Positions 1 to 11,703 of a DNA stretch of 64,000 bases are shown here, in pieces. The stretch comes from an uncultured delta proteobacterium (GTDB taxonomy: Bacteria; Desulfobacterota; Zymogenia; Zymogenales; Zymogenaceae), in assembly GCA_963735595.1 (NCBI GenBank), contig CAVTLK010000002.1, positions 640,001 to 704,000 of the forward strand, written 5' to 3'. Every line of letters starts with the position of its first letter. Positions within the stretch are counted from its first letter, which is position 1. Below the pieces are notes generated by a model that was not told the DNA's origin, searched no databases, and saw only the letters and a list, made by a program, of their open reading frames with translations. Made by a program: the position numbers and the translations under genes.

Positions 1-1
1 C

Positions 2-109
2 CTGATCGGGGCGCCGGCTTCACACGGCTGCATCCGGCTCAACAGCGAAAACCTCCTCGTCCTCAAGAAGGCGGTGAAGGCGGGAACAAGGGTGACCATC
101 GTCCATTGA
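2..109 (+). CDS. L,D-transpeptidase (YkuD family), 3' end only
   Basis: Frame 2 reads LIGAPASHGCIRLNSENLLVLKKAVKAGTRVTIVH*, containing the catalytic SHGCIRL motif. Truncated by the window start. Confidence 0.85.
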   Translation: MIGAPASHGCIRLNSENLLVLKKAVKAGTRVTIVH

Positions 110-162
110 CTCGACCGGCGTTTTGTGCGTTTACGAAATTCCGCGGATAATAGGAACCGTTC

Positions 163-1187
163 ATGAAAATCGCGCGATGGGCAATTGCAGCCCCTTTATT
201 GTTGGCTTTTTTCTTAGGCCTTTCGGCGGCCTTCGCGGCGGGAGACGGGCCGATCAGGGACGTGACGTTCGCTATCGAGCCCGCGTTTGACTGGGCGGGG
301 CCGTTTTCGGACGGACGGGCGCCGGTCAAGACCGCCGGCGGCTGGGGCTACATCAACACCTCGGGCAGGCTCGTCATCGGGCCGGCGTTCGAGGAGGCCG
401 ACCCGTTCCGCGACGGCGTAGCGCGGGTCGTCTCCGGCGGCATGGTCGGGTTCATCGACCGGTCGGGAGATTATGCCGTCGAGCCGTCGCTTGAGGAGGC
501 CTTCTCCTTCTCGGAAGGTATGGCCCCGGCCCGTGGGGACGGCAGGTGGGGGTATATCGACTCGTCGGGCGACTTTGTAGTAGAGCCCGCCTTCGAGTGG
601 GCGACCTCGTTTGACTCCGGCCGGGCGATGGTGCGGCTGTGGGGCCGCTGGGGTTATATCGACAAGACCGGAAAGCTGGTCATCGACGTCGCCTACGGCA
701 TGGCGCGGCCCTTTTCGGATAACCTTGCCGCGGTGATGACCGGCGGCGGCTGGTCGTACATCGACACGGACGGCTGCCGTCGTGATCCCCGGTCCCTTCG
801 AGAGCGCCGGGAAAGTTCTCCGAGGGACTGGCGCAGGTGACCGACGGGACGGGACGGTATATCATAGACCGGAAGGGGGCCGTCGTCGCGACGCTCCCGT
901 TTGCGGGCGCCGAGGGAATGGCGAGTTCCGAGTGGTTCTCCGAGGGGCTGATGGTTGTGGACAGGGTTATGGAGACGGTTGCGTCCCCGGATACGGGAGG
1001 AGCCCCCGGTATCGAGGACGCCGAGGGGCCGGGACTGGTAGCGGGCGAGCCCTTAATCAAGATGGGCTACGTCGACAAGAGCGGCGCGGTCGTGATTGAT
1101 TTTATCTTCGAGGACGCGGGACCGTTCGTGGAAGGGCTTGCCCCGGTGAAGGTGGACGGGAAGTGGGGGTATATTAAGAACTCGTAA
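163..1187 (+). CDS. WG-repeat (KWG-type) secreted protein, frameshifted near 780-840
   Basis: Signal peptide plus repeated FSEG.A.V...GKWGYIDxxG units across ORFs 163..840 and 837..1187. Confidence 0.85.
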
Positions 1188-1213
1188 TAATCGTCAGAGA
1201 ATCCGTATATAAT

Positions 1214-1247
1214 AAAGCAAAGCCCGGAGAAAGCCGGGCTTTGCTTT
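1214..1247. terminator. Bidirectional terminator between convergent genes
   Basis: Inverted repeat AAAGCAAAGCCCGG-loop-CCGGGCTTTGCTTT. Confidence 0.7.
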
Positions 1248-1271
1248 GGCTGTGTCCTGGCGGCTTCGCGC

Positions 1272-1750
1272 TCACACGTCCCGAAACATCCTGATCTGCC
1301 GGTAGTGCTCGTAGACCCGGATCCTGAACTCGGCCAGGTACTTCGGGATGTCGTACTTCTCCTCGATCGACAACCCTTCGGCAGAGGTCGCGTTCGAGCG
1401 CGGCGGTGGGGATGACGGCCACGGAGGCCATCGTGGAGGCCTCGCGCTCGATCCGGTCTTTCAGCCCGACGGCGGTATAGTGGTGGTGGCCGCCGGGGTG
1501 AAAGCGGTGGTGAAAGTATTCGTGAAACCCCACGAAGGCCCGGTGGCCCGCCGAGAGCCTGCTGTTGATGACGATAAAGGGCACGTCATCCTTGACGAAG
1601 TACCACCCGCGGGCGGGCATCCGGTGCTCGAACGACAATGATCCCGTCCCGGGCGCACAGCGCCTCGAAATCGGCCAGCGTCAGCGCCCGGACGTTATAG
1701 CCGGGGATGACCTCCCGGAGTTTCTCGATGATCTCATAGGTAAGCGGCAT
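1272..1750 (-). CDS. ImmA/IrrE family metallo-endopeptidase, frameshifted
   Basis: Joined frames read MPLTYEIIEKL...IVINSRLSAGHRAFVGFHEYFH...EREASTMASVAVIP...EKYDIPKYLAEFRI. HExxH plus the downstream ExEA motif are typical of the family. Confidence 0.75.
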
Positions 1751-1844
1751 GAGATTATCCTGTTTCCGGTGTTGGACGACCCGGTGACTTGTCCCGAGTA
1801 TACACCACACGGCGAGATTGATGAAGTATTTTTCGTATTTTTTA

Positions 1845-1872
1845 TTGACATTGACCGCCGGAGGAATATAAT
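1845..1872 (+). promoter_or_regulatory. Sigma70-type promoter of the B12 uptake operon
   Basis: TTGACA-N16-TATAAT just upstream of the riboswitch. Confidence 0.65.
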
Positions 1873-1901
1873 CTGATCCTGTTCAATCGTTCTTTTTACC
1901 C

Positions 1902-2083
1902 GTGACGCCCGAATCCTTCGGGAGACTAAGGGAAGACGGTTTAAGTCCGTCGCTGCCCCGCAACTGTACGGGGGGATGAAATCCTCAACCCAGCGCCACT
2001 GGAAAGGCGGTACACACAGCCGCCGCCGGGAAGGCCGAGGAGAGTAAGACGATCCCCGAGCCAGGAAACCTTATCGGCGTCAC
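1902..2083 (+). ncRNA. Cobalamin riboswitch 1
   Basis: B12-element motifs GGGAAGACGGT..AAGTCCG..CTGCCCCGCAACTGT, GCCACTG, GGGAAGG and AGCCAGGAAACC, with closing stem GTGACGCC/GGCGTCAC, upstream of a btuF-like gene. Confidence 0.92.
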
Positions 2084-2170
2084 CTACGGCCATGATGACC
2101 TTCCGAGGGGGAGGGCGGCCCGTGTAGCAGTGATCGCCAGATGGCCGGGATCACTATCATCGCACGAACG

Positions 2171-2199
2171 CCCCGACCTGCCGAAGGCCGGGGTTTTTT
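2171..2199 (+). terminator. Riboswitch-controlled intrinsic terminator
   Basis: CCCCG..CC-loop-GGCCGGGG followed by TTTTTT immediately before ATG 2200. Confidence 0.65.
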
Positions 2200-3116
2200 A
2201 TGCGGATAGTCCGCTCATTGTTTGCCGTCTTTATCGTGCTTTTAGCGTCCGTCTATTCGTCCGCCGGCGGCTATACCGTCGTCGACCAGGCTGGGCGGAC
2301 CGTGACCGTCCCCGTAAATCCCACCAGGATCATATCCCTTGCCCCCAACATCACCGAGATACTCTTTGCCGTCGGCGCGGGTGATGACGATCGTCGGGGT
2401 TTCCGAATTCTCCGACTACCCGCCCGAGGCCGCCGGGCTGCCCCAGGTGGGCAGCTACATCAAGCCGAATCTCGAAGCGATCATCGCGCTAAAGCCCGAC
2501 CTCGTGATCGCCACGGCCGACGGGGAAAAACGGGTCGAGATAGACCGGCTGGCCTCCCTCGGCGTTGCGGTCTATATCATCAACCCCGGGACGATCGCCG
2601 GGGTCGTCTCGACGGTCCGCGAGATCGGGCGGCTTTCGGGGCATGAAGAAGCAGGCCGAAGAGAAGGCGCGGGAGATGGAGGAGGTCGTGGACCGGATAA
2701 GGGCCCGCGTCGCCGGCCTTCCGCAGGTGACGGCGCTGTTGGTGCTCAACACGAATCCCCTCATTACCGTAAACGGCAATACCTTCCAGGACGAGATGAT
2801 CAGGGCGGCGGGTGGCAATAAACATCGCCACGGCCGAACTCATCAGGTACCCGACCCTCACGTACGAAGAGGTGGTCGTCCGGGCGCCCGAGTGTCATCA
2901 TCATGACGACGATGTCGCCCGATGAGGATTACCGCTCCGTGGTTGCCGGGTGGCCGCGATTCACAACGGTGCCGGCGGTCAGGAGCGGGAGAATATTCGT
3001 GGTCGATTCGGATATCGTGGACCGTCCCTCGCCGCGGATGGTCGAGGGCCTGGAGGCGCTGGCGCGGCTGTTTCACCCGGAGGCCTTCAGGAAGACACGC
3101 GGGAGGGGGGCGGTGA
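2200..3116 (+). CDS. btuF: Cobalamin ABC transporter substrate-binding protein, frameshifted
   Basis: RIISLAPNITEILFAVG, PNLEAIIALKPDLVI and DIVDRPSPRMVEGLE spread over several frames, downstream of a B12 riboswitch. Confidence 0.85.
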
Positions 3117-4117
3117 TGCGGCTGCGGCGCACGAGATCGGGCTCTCGGTGCTGGTGCTTTCGGTCCCGGCGGCGGCCGCCGTCGTTATTTCCCTTGCCGT
3201 CGGCTCGGCGCCGATCGGGATTGCCGAGGTCGTGAAGGCCTTCTTCTCGCCGGACCGGGTATCCCCCGAGGCCACGATGATCGTCCGGGACCTGCGGCTG
3301 CCCCGGGTGCTGATGGCGCTGGTGGCCGGCGGGGCGCTGTCGGTGTCCGGCGTCGTCTTTCAGGCGATCCTGAAAAACCCGCTGGCCGACCCCTTCATTC
3401 TCGGGGTCTCCAGCGGGGCCGCCCTGGGGACCGTCATCGGGGCGCTGGTGATACGCGTTCCCTCGTACGCGGCAGGCGCCTTGCCGGCATTCGTCGGGGC
3501 GCTTGCGACGATTCTCATCGTCTTTTACGTTGCCCGTATCAAGGAGCGGCTCTATCCCAACACGATGCTCCTGGTCGGCGTCATCATCAACGCCTTCTTC
3601 TCGGCGGCCATCATGGCCATCGTATCGCTGTTCGGCAGCAACGGGCTTCAGGGCATTTTCTTCTGGCTGATGGGCGACCTCTCGCTGGTCTCGATGACGG
3701 AGGTCGCCGTCGTCTCCTCCGTCTTCCGTGGCGGCGTCCGTCGTCGTCTATCTACTACGCCCGGCCGATGAACCTGCTGCTGTTCGGGGAGGAGTCGGCC
3801 GCATCGGGCGGGGTGGACGTGGAGCGGACCAAGCGGGTCCTGTTCGTTGCGGCCTCATTGATGACGGCTGCCGTCGTATCGGCCGACCGGCGTCATCGGG
3901 TTCGTCGGGCTCATCATCCCCCACATGATCAGGATGGTCCTCGGGCCCGACCACCGGGTGCTGATCCCGGCCTCGATCCTGCTTGGGGGGGACGTTTCTG
4001 CTGGCGTCGGATACCGTCGCCCGCACGGTAGTCTCCCCGCTCGAGCTGCCGGTGGGGGTGCTCACGGCGCTCCTGGGCGCGCCCTTTTTCGTCTATCTGC
4101 TCCGGAGGCAGATGTGA
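3116..4117 (+). CDS. btuC: Cobalamin ABC transporter permease (FecCD family), frameshifted
   Basis: [43 protein letters not shown], with C-terminal [16 protein letters not shown] in another frame. Confidence 0.87.
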
Positions 4118-4909
4118 CCGCGAATGCCATCCAGGCCACGGGCCTCATGTTCCGCTACCGGGACGACTCGGTGATCTCCGGGGTCGACCTGGCGGTGAAA
4201 CGCAACGAATCGATCGCCGTTATCGGGCCGAACGGATCGGGCAAGAGCACGCTGCTGAAGCTCCTGTCGGGGATACTGACGCCCGAGCGGGGCAGCGTGA
4301 CCGTCGAGGGGTTACCGCTGAAGAGCCTCGGCAGGAGGGCGGTCTCGCGCCGCATGGCGCTGGTTTCCCAGGAGGGGTCGGGGCAGTTCCCGTTTACGGT
4401 GGCAGACGTCGTCCTCATGGGCAGGGCGCCGTACCTCTCCGGCTTTCAGATGGAGCGCGCGGGCGACCACGAGAAGGCGCGCCTGGCCATGGAGACGACC
4501 GACATCGCAGGGCTCGCCGACCGGCCGATCGGCATGCTCTCGGGAGGCGAGCGCCAGCGGGCCTTTATCGCCCGGGCGCTGTGCCAGGATACGCCGATCC
4601 TGCTGTTGGACGAGCCGACGGCCTTCCTGGATATCGCCCACCAGGTTTCGCTGTTAGCGCTCATCGGGCGGCTCCATACCAGGCATCACAAGACCATCGT
4701 CTCGGTGACCCATGACATCAACCTGGCCGCCTCTTTCTTTTCGCCGGATCGTCATCCTCGACCGGGGCCGGGTTTTTGCCGACGGGCGGCCGGACGAGGT
4801 GATCACCGAGCGCACGATCAAACAGGTATACGGGACCACGGTCCACATCGATACAAACCCGGTTACTTCCCGGCCGCGGGTTACGCTGCTGGGAGAGGAC
4901 GATAGATAG
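4114..4909 (+). CDS. btuD: Cobalamin ABC transporter ATPase, frameshifted near the 3' end
   Basis: Walker A GPNGSGKS, signature LSGGERQR, Walker B LLLDEPT, H-loop VTHD. Confidence 0.88.
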
Positions 4910-4917
4910 CAGGAAGA

Positions 4918-5090
4918 CCCCAAAGATGCATGGGAAGACGGTGAGAATCCGTCGCTGCCCCGCACCTGTGATGGGAACGAAAGCCGCATCGAAACGCCAC
5001 TGCGAAGCCCCATGCCTGCCGAGGGCCTGTGGATTCGTGGGAAGGCGCGGCCGGTAGGACGCCCAGAGCCAGTAGACCGATCTTTCGGGG
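4918..5090 (+). ncRNA. Cobalamin riboswitch 2
   Basis: GGGAAGACGGTGAGAATCCGTCGCTGCCCCGCACCTGTGA...GCCACTG...GGGAAGG...AGAGCCAG.AGACC, with closing stem CCCCAAAGAT/ATCTTTCGGGG. Confidence 0.9.
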
Positions 5091-5215
5091 ATTGTTCAGA
5101 CCCTTTTCGCGGGAAAGGAGGCAGGACATGAAACGATACGGTTCGTGTGCAAAGGCGCCCTGATCGAGTCGCTTCCGGTAACATCAATTTAATTACTATT
5201 CTATTGGAGGAAGCG

Positions 5216-7230
5216 ATGAAACGGTGCGCCTTTTTTCTTTTCGTGACCTTCTGACGGTCTGCGGGATACCGCCGGTGTTCGGGCAGGACGAAGAGATCGT
5301 CGAGGTGCCGCCCATTACGGTCACCTACACGCGGACGGAGCGGGACCCCGACCGGATCCCGGCCGACGTAACGGTCATCAACAAAGAGCGAGATCGAGCG
5401 ATCGGGGGCCGAGTCGGTCCCCGATCTCCTGAGGCGGGAGGCCGGCGTCAACGTCACGATCTTTTCGGGGGTGGACAAGTTCAGCTCGGTGGGGATGCGG
5501 GGATTTGCCCGCGGGCTGGATACGGTGGTCATGGTCAACGGGGTGCCCCTCAACACGCCCACCCTCGGGGAGATCGACTGGTCGATCATCCCGCTTTCGG
5601 CCGTCGAGAGGATCGAGATCACCCGGGGGCCGGGCGGCGTCCTGTACGGCGACAAGGCCGTGGCCGGCGTCATCAACGTGATCACGAAAAAGACCTTCGA
5701 TAAAGCCGTTCCTGGAGCTCACCGCCGGGGGCGGGACCGAGAACACGTTTGACAGCTCGCTGTCGATGGGCTACGGCAACGATTGGTCGCGGATCTCTCT
5801 TTCGGGCGGCTATCACTATACCGACGGCTACCGGGACAACAACTATTACGACCACAACGTCTGGTCGCTGTCGGCGGGCCTCTTCCCCACCGACGTCTTC
5901 GAGCTGACGCTCGATACGGGCTATTCCGTGGACGCCTGGGGCAACCCGGGGGCGCTCTTCGACGCCACAGCGCCGAACCCACGGCAGGAGGTACACCAAT
6001 ACGCCCAACGACAAGGGCGAGGGGGAGAACTTCTACGGCCTGCTTAGGGGTAAACCTCGATTTTCAGACGCTACGGGCGTATCGAGCTCGACTACGCGTA
6101 CAAGACCAACGACACCCGGTACCGGTACGTCTACACGGACTTCGGCGGCTATCGTTACCTCTACGATACCAACCTCGACGAGCACGACGTGTCGGCCAAG
6201 TATATCCTCGATCACGACTACGACGACATCGACAACCGCCTCACCCTCGGGATCGATTACAGGAATATCGGCTACTACAGCGATTCGGCCGATGCCGGAG
6301 TGGGGCATCGTGGTCGAACGTGGATGCTCAGCGCAACGTAATCGCCGGCTATATCTATGACGAGCTGACGCTGTTTGACCGGCTCATCGCGAGCGTCGGG
6401 TACCGATACGAATACATCGATACCTCGTTTGATTCCGCCTCGAGGCCGCCGGCTGCCGCGGTCTCTCTCTCTGAAGACTTCTCGGAGTGGGCCGTCAGCG
6501 CCGGGCTTGCCTACCGGTACGGCGACGGCAGGAAGGTCTTTTTCCGGTTCGAGCGCGGCTTCCGCGTCCCGGCCCTGGACGAGATCTTCCAGTATGCCCC
6601 TCCGTCCTGGACCCTGACCAACACGCAGCTGCCGACCGAGCAGGTGACGAGCTTTGAGGTCGGCGTCGAACACGCGTTTTCCGAAGGTCGTCTCGGCCCG
6701 TGCCACGTTCTGGTGGTCGGGGCTCGAAAACGAGCTCTACTACAACAACCTGACCTTCGTCAACGATACGTACGAGCCGGACGATCCACCGGGGGTTTGA
6801 CCTCGGGATCGAGGCCCAGCCCTTCGATTTCCTGAGCTGCTCGCTGACCTACGGCTACCAGGACGCCATATTCGACGCGTCGCCCTACCGGGGAAAGACC
6901 ATCCCGCTCATCCCCACGCATACCGTGGGCTTTACGGTCGGCCTGGACTACAAGGGGATCTCGCTTGACCTGGACGGAAAATACGGCAGCGACCGCGTCA
7001 GCGACGGCGATCTCGAAAACACGTATCGGAGGTTGGCGGGCTATTTCGTCATGAACGCGCGGCTCTCCTATACCTAGCGGCAGTTCGAGTTCTTCGCCGG
7101 GGTCAGGAATCTCACGGACGTCTACGGGGCCGACTTCGGCGGCTACCGGATCGGGGACGCCCGGGGGTTCTATTATGACTATCCCAACCCCGGCCGCTCG
7201 TTTTACGGCGGCATCACCGTGCGCTTCTGA
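5216..7230 (+). CDS. btuB: TonB-dependent cobalamin receptor, multiple frameshifts and an in-frame TAG at 7075
   Basis: RBS GGAGG, TonB-box-like ITVTYTR, plug motif SAVERIEITRGPGGVLYGDKAVAGVINVITK, and C-terminal PGRSFYGGITVRF*. Confidence 0.85.
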
Positions 7231-7257
7231 AATCCTCGTACGGATGCTGTGTTTCTC

Positions 7258-7285
7258 AACGCCCCCGGCTATCCGGGGGCGTTTC
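7258..7285 (+). terminator. Intrinsic terminator after btuB
   Basis: AACGCCCCCGG-CTAT-CCGGGGGCGTTT. Confidence 0.7.
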
Positions 7286-7414
7286 TATTTTGGAAACGAT
7301 TGGAGATTGACACGAGGGCCGCACGGTGATAGATAGACGAGAGGGGCGTGGAACGGACGGGCCGGCCGGGTGTCCAACACAAAACGGCTTATTACGATAT
7401 TATCAAGGATACGT

Positions 7415-8537
7415 ATGTCAGACAGGTGCACAATCGGGGTCATTTTCGGCGGACGCTCCGGGGAGCATGAGGTCTCCCTGGTCTCGGCGACTTCCATCAT
7501 GGGGGCGCTGCCCCGCGACCGGTTCACGGTCGTCCCCATCGGGATTTCAAAGGACGGTAAATGGTACGCCGGAAACGGCGTCATGGAATTTCTCAAACGC
7601 GGGGAGTCTCGCGACGTCGTCTACCCCGCCGCGCTTTCCGCCGACAACGAGGGCGGCCTGTCGTTACGATGGACGGGGGCGCGAGCGTCAGGCTGGACGT
7701 CGTATTCCCGGTGCTCCACGGGCCGTACGGCGAGGACGGCACCGTCCAGGGGCTGCTGGACCTGGCGGGGGTGCCGTACGTGGGGTGCGGGGTGCTGGCG
7801 TCGTCCGTCGCCATGGACAAGGTCGTCAGCAAGGAGCTCTTCATCGCGCGCGACATACCGACGGCGCCCTACGTCTGGTTCTTCACGTCCGAGTGGGCGG
7901 GCGATCGGGACACGGTCATCGGCCGGATCGAGCGGCGCTGAGGTATCCCGTGTTCATCAAGCCGGCCAACATGGGTTCCTCGGTGGGGATCTTCAAGGTC
8001 AAAGAACAGGGACGAGTTGATCGCTCATGGTCCCGGAGTCGGCCCGCTACGACCGCAAGATCGTCGTCGAGCAGGCCGTGGCGGACGCCCGGGAGATCGA
8101 GGTGGCGGTCCTCGGCAACGACCGGGCCGAGGCGTCGGTCCCCGGCGAGATATTTCCCGTCAAACGAGTTCTACGATTACGACGCCAAATACGTGGACGG
8201 AAAATCGAAGGACGCCATCCCGGCCGACCTCCGGCCGAGGAGCCGATACGCACGATCCGGCGCCTGGCGGTGGAGGCCTTTTCGGCGGTGGACGGCGTCG
8301 GGGCTGGCCCGTGTCGATTTCCTGGTCTCGCGCGCCGACGACAAGGTCTTCCTCAACGAGATCAACACGCTGCCCGGCTTTACCTCGATCTCGATGTATC
8401 CGAAGCTCTGGCAGGCCTCGGGCGTGTCGTATCCCGAGCTGCTGTCGCGGCTGGTGGACCTCGCGATGGAACGGCACCGCGAAAAGCAGGGGCTGTTGAC
8501 CTCGTATGTGCCCAAGATCGACTGGCACAAGGGGTAG
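7415..8537 (+). CDS. ddl: D-alanine--D-alanine ligase, frameshifted
   Basis: [42 protein letters not shown] and [19 protein letters not shown]. Confidence 0.95.
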
Positions 8538-8614
8538 GCCCGAAGGCGACGCTTCGCCGGCCGCGGGCAGTAGAGTCCCGTGCGCCTTTTTCGGCCGGGA
8601 AGCCGAAAAAGGCG

Positions 8615-8807
8615 CCAGTGTATTGAAAGAGTATAGATTTCAAAGGATTGTCATCGCGAGCCCCGAAGGGGGCGTGGCGATCTCGGACACTGTATTATAT
8701 CGTAACGTAATTATCGGTAGTTACATCGTCCGAGATTGCCACGGTCGCTAACGCTCCCTTGCAATGACAGACTCGTGTAAAAGCGTACGGGTTTGTCAGC
8801 AGTCTGG
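8615..8807. mobile_element. MITE-like element carrying a GTCATnGCGAG/CTnGCnATGAC hairpin doublet (copy A)
   Basis: Imperfect terminal inverted repeats CCAGTGTATTGAAA...TTTGTCAGCAGTCTGG. The interior is similar to 48753-48905 (inverted) and 55615-55821. Confidence 0.65.
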
Positions 8808-8953
8808 CTAAAAAAAGCGCACTTATCTGGTGACAAGCGGCCGTGCCGGTGATACGATGGGCTCACATCCGGCTACCGCCTCTTTTTTTGCCCGCGCGTC
8901 CGGTCCGAACGCGTTTCCTTCCGCTGCCTTCCACTTTCTTACGGGGTTACCCG

Positions 8954-10362
8954 ATGGATCAGAAGCTCTCCGAGACGCTCCATGCCCTCTTTTACCCGAC
9001 CAACGCGGCCGTCGTGGGCGCGTCGACCAATCCAATCAAGCTCGGCTTCCAGGCGCTGCTCGCCCTCAAGACGGGGGGGATGGCCGGTAAGATCTTCCCC
9101 ATCTCGCCGTCGCTCAAGGGCCAAACGGTGCTGGACCTGCCCGGCTACGGGGCCATCGAGGATATCCCGGAGCCGGCCCAGCTCTTCGTGCTGGCGGTCC
9201 CGCACGACCGCATCGAGGGGGCGCTCGTCGCCGCGGCAGACCAAGGGCGCGCGCGGCGCGGTGATCTTTGCCGGGGGGTTCCGCGAGGTCGGGGGGGAGG
9301 GCGCGGCGCTACAGGCCCGGATAAAGGAGACGGCCGACCGGCTGGGCATAAAAATCATCGGGCCCAACTGCGTGGGGGCGCTCAACCTCCCCTACGGGCT
9401 CAACGCGACGTTCGGCTCGCCCCTCTCGCAAATGAAGCGGGGGCGGGTATCGGTAGTCTCCCAGAGCGGGGGGACGGGCTCGGCCATCCTCACGACGATG
9501 ATGGATAACAACGTGGGCGTGTCCAAGTTCGTCTCCATCGGCAACCGCGTGAACCTCGATTTCCCCGACCTGATCGAATACCTGGCCGAGGATGCCGATA
9601 CCGACGTGATCTGCCTCTTTATCGAAGGGATGGACGACGGACGGCGCTTCCTCGAAGCGGCGCGCCGGGCGTCGGCCAAGAAGCCGATCATCGCCTACCA
9701 GGCGGGCTTCACCGAGACGACCCGGCGGCTGGCGCTCTCCCACACCGGCTCGATGAGCGCGTCGCGCGACATATACGCGGCGGCCTTCCGGCAGGCCGGC
9801 GTGCTGTTCGTTGCCGACTACGAGGAGCTGGTGGATACGGCCAAGGCCGTCTCGATGCTGCCGCCTATTGCGGGTGAGGGCGTGGCGATCTTCACCCACA
9901 CGGCCGGGCCCGGCCCTGATCGTTACCCAGACCGTGGAGGAGGCCGGCGGCAGGCTCCCGGACTATACGCCGGAGAACAAAAAGAAGATCGTCGAATTTG
10001 CGCCGCAGTTCACGGTGCCCGCCAACCCGCTGGACATGTTCGCCCACGCCTGGTTTGACACGTCGATGTACCTCAAGGGGGCCGAGCTCGCTCTTTCCCA
10101 GCCCGACATTCACCTGGCCTGCGCCTGCTACAGCTCGGGGATAGACGTGGGGATCGAGTTTCCCTCAGGCGCGTTTGCCGAGATCGCCAAACGGCACGGC
10201 AAGCCCGCCGTCGTCTGCCTGATGGCGACGCACTCCGGCAGCGGGGCGACCGAGCTTGCCAACGCGGACGCCGCCGGCGTCCCCACGTTCAACAGCCCCC
10301 ACAAGGCGGGCAAGGCCATCGCCAACCTGATACGGCTGCGGCGCCTGCGGCAGGGGAGGTGA
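8954..10362 (+). CDS. Acyl-CoA synthetase/acetate--CoA ligase (ADP-forming) alpha-type subunit, frameshifted
   Basis: CoA-binding AVVGAS, IIGPNCVG, VSQSGG and phospho-His motif SHTGSM. Confidence 0.88.
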
Positions 10363-10424
10363 TACGCACTGCCCGTTCTTCGTCGAAGGGGCGTGCTCCG
10401 GGAGATTATAAGGGGGTCAACGAC

Positions 10425-10796
10425 ATGAAGAATAGAACCCGCGTCCTTGGTCTTGTGATCGCGGTCCTGGGCGGTATCGGAGCGGTCGGCGCCGCCTACA
10501 ACGTCGCCGCCGCTTTCGGCTCCCGGCCCCAGGAGCCGATGCTCGCGGCCGTCACGATTGCCGTGCTGGCGCTGTGCGTCATACTGCTTGTCTGGGGGAT
10601 CGTGCTCCGGAAAGGCAGCAAGCGGGCGTGGTGGGTCCTCGCGGCCGCGCTTGTTGCCCTTCCCGCTGTGGTCATCGTCAGCGATTTTCTCCGTACGGAC
10701 GACGTGCTGTTGTCCGACGTCTTGCTCGTGGTGCTGTGCCTTGTACTGTTCTTCCTGCTCGTCTCGGACCCGCCAAAGAAGTGGCGGGTGACGTGA
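10425..10796 (+). CDS. Hypothetical integral membrane protein (about 4 TM)
   Basis: Four hydrophobic segments and an upstream GGGGG RBS. Confidence 0.6.
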   Translation: MKNRTRVLGLVIAVLGGIGAVGAAYNVAAAFGSRPQEPMLAAVTIAVLALCVILLVWGIVLRKGSKRAWWVLAAALVALPAVVIVSDFLRTDDVLLSDVLLVVLCLVLFFLLVSDPPKKWRVT

Positions 10797-10870
10797 GATA
10801 AGACTCCGTAGAACCGCGGCGTGGACGGCCCGGGGGGACTCTGCTTCATCGTGTCCGTATCCAACCCCGG

Positions 10871-10906
10871 CACGGGCGACCTGCGGTCGTCCGTGGCACC
10901 CGACGC
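10871..10906. repeat. REP-like palindrome CACGG...CCGTGGCACCCG (copy 1)
   Basis: Near-identical to 14568-14603 and 16840-16873. Confidence 0.7.
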
Positions 10907-11078
10907 CGGAATCAACGATCCCGTCCTTTTTACCCGTCCCGTACACCTCCAACCGCCTCCCGTGTGCGAATTTTAATTGCTTTTTTCGCGGTTATCCGAT
11001 ACGCTATGGCTCATCCGCTCAAAAAATTTCCGCATAACTTCCCGCACTGATTCTACTGTCTATAGAAGAGGTGACGCC

Positions 11079-11696
11079 ATGGAAGACCGGTTAATCAGCA
11101 ACATGACCTTTCGCGTGGTGCTGTTGGGCATCCAGGACATCATCGGGCAAAACGGCCTCAACACGATCCTCAACCACGCGAACCTCAAGAACTATCTCGA
11201 CAACCTCCCCCCCAACGACCACGAGAAGGGCAAATGCCGCGTCTCCGAGGTAGCGGCGGTAGACCGGGACGTGGCCTATATCTTCGGCGACAACGGCAGC
11301 GCGGCGATCCTCTTCCAGGTGGGCAGGATGCAGGCCAAGTGGGGCTTAGAGGAAAACCCGGATACGGTGACGGCCGCCCGGAGCCTGCTGGCGGGAAAGA
11401 GCGAGTTCGAGACGGCAAAGACGGCGCTGGAACTGGCGGCGGGCGTCGTGGCCGCCGAGACGCAGAGCAAGGCGTGGGTCGAGGTCGACGGCGGGGATAT
11501 CCTCTACCACATCGACGAAAACACGCACTCCTTCGGAATCACGAGCGACAACCCCGTCTGCCACGTCACCTCCGGGTTCGTGACGGGCATCGTGCAGTGG
11601 GCCACGGGAAAGACGGACTGGATCGGGAAGGAGGAGCGGTGCATGGCGCAGGGCGCGCCCCACTGCACGCACAGGGTGAAGAAGGGAAAGGAGTAG
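11079..11696 (+). CDS. V4R (4-vinyl reductase) domain protein
   Basis: PVCHVTSGFVTG...EERCMAQGAPHC is the V4R signature. RBS GAGGTG. Confidence 0.85.
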   Translation: MEDRLISNMTFRVVLLGIQDIIGQNGLNTILNHANLKNYLDNLPPNDHEKGKCRVSEVAAVDRDVAYIFGDNGSAAILFQVGRMQAKWGLEENPDTVTAARSLLAGKSEFETAKTALELAAGVVAAETQSKAWVEVDGGDILYHIDENTHSFGITSDNPVCHVTSGFVTGIVQWATGKTDWIGKEERCMAQGAPHCTHRVKKGKE

Positions 11697-11703
11697 GGGA
11701 GAG

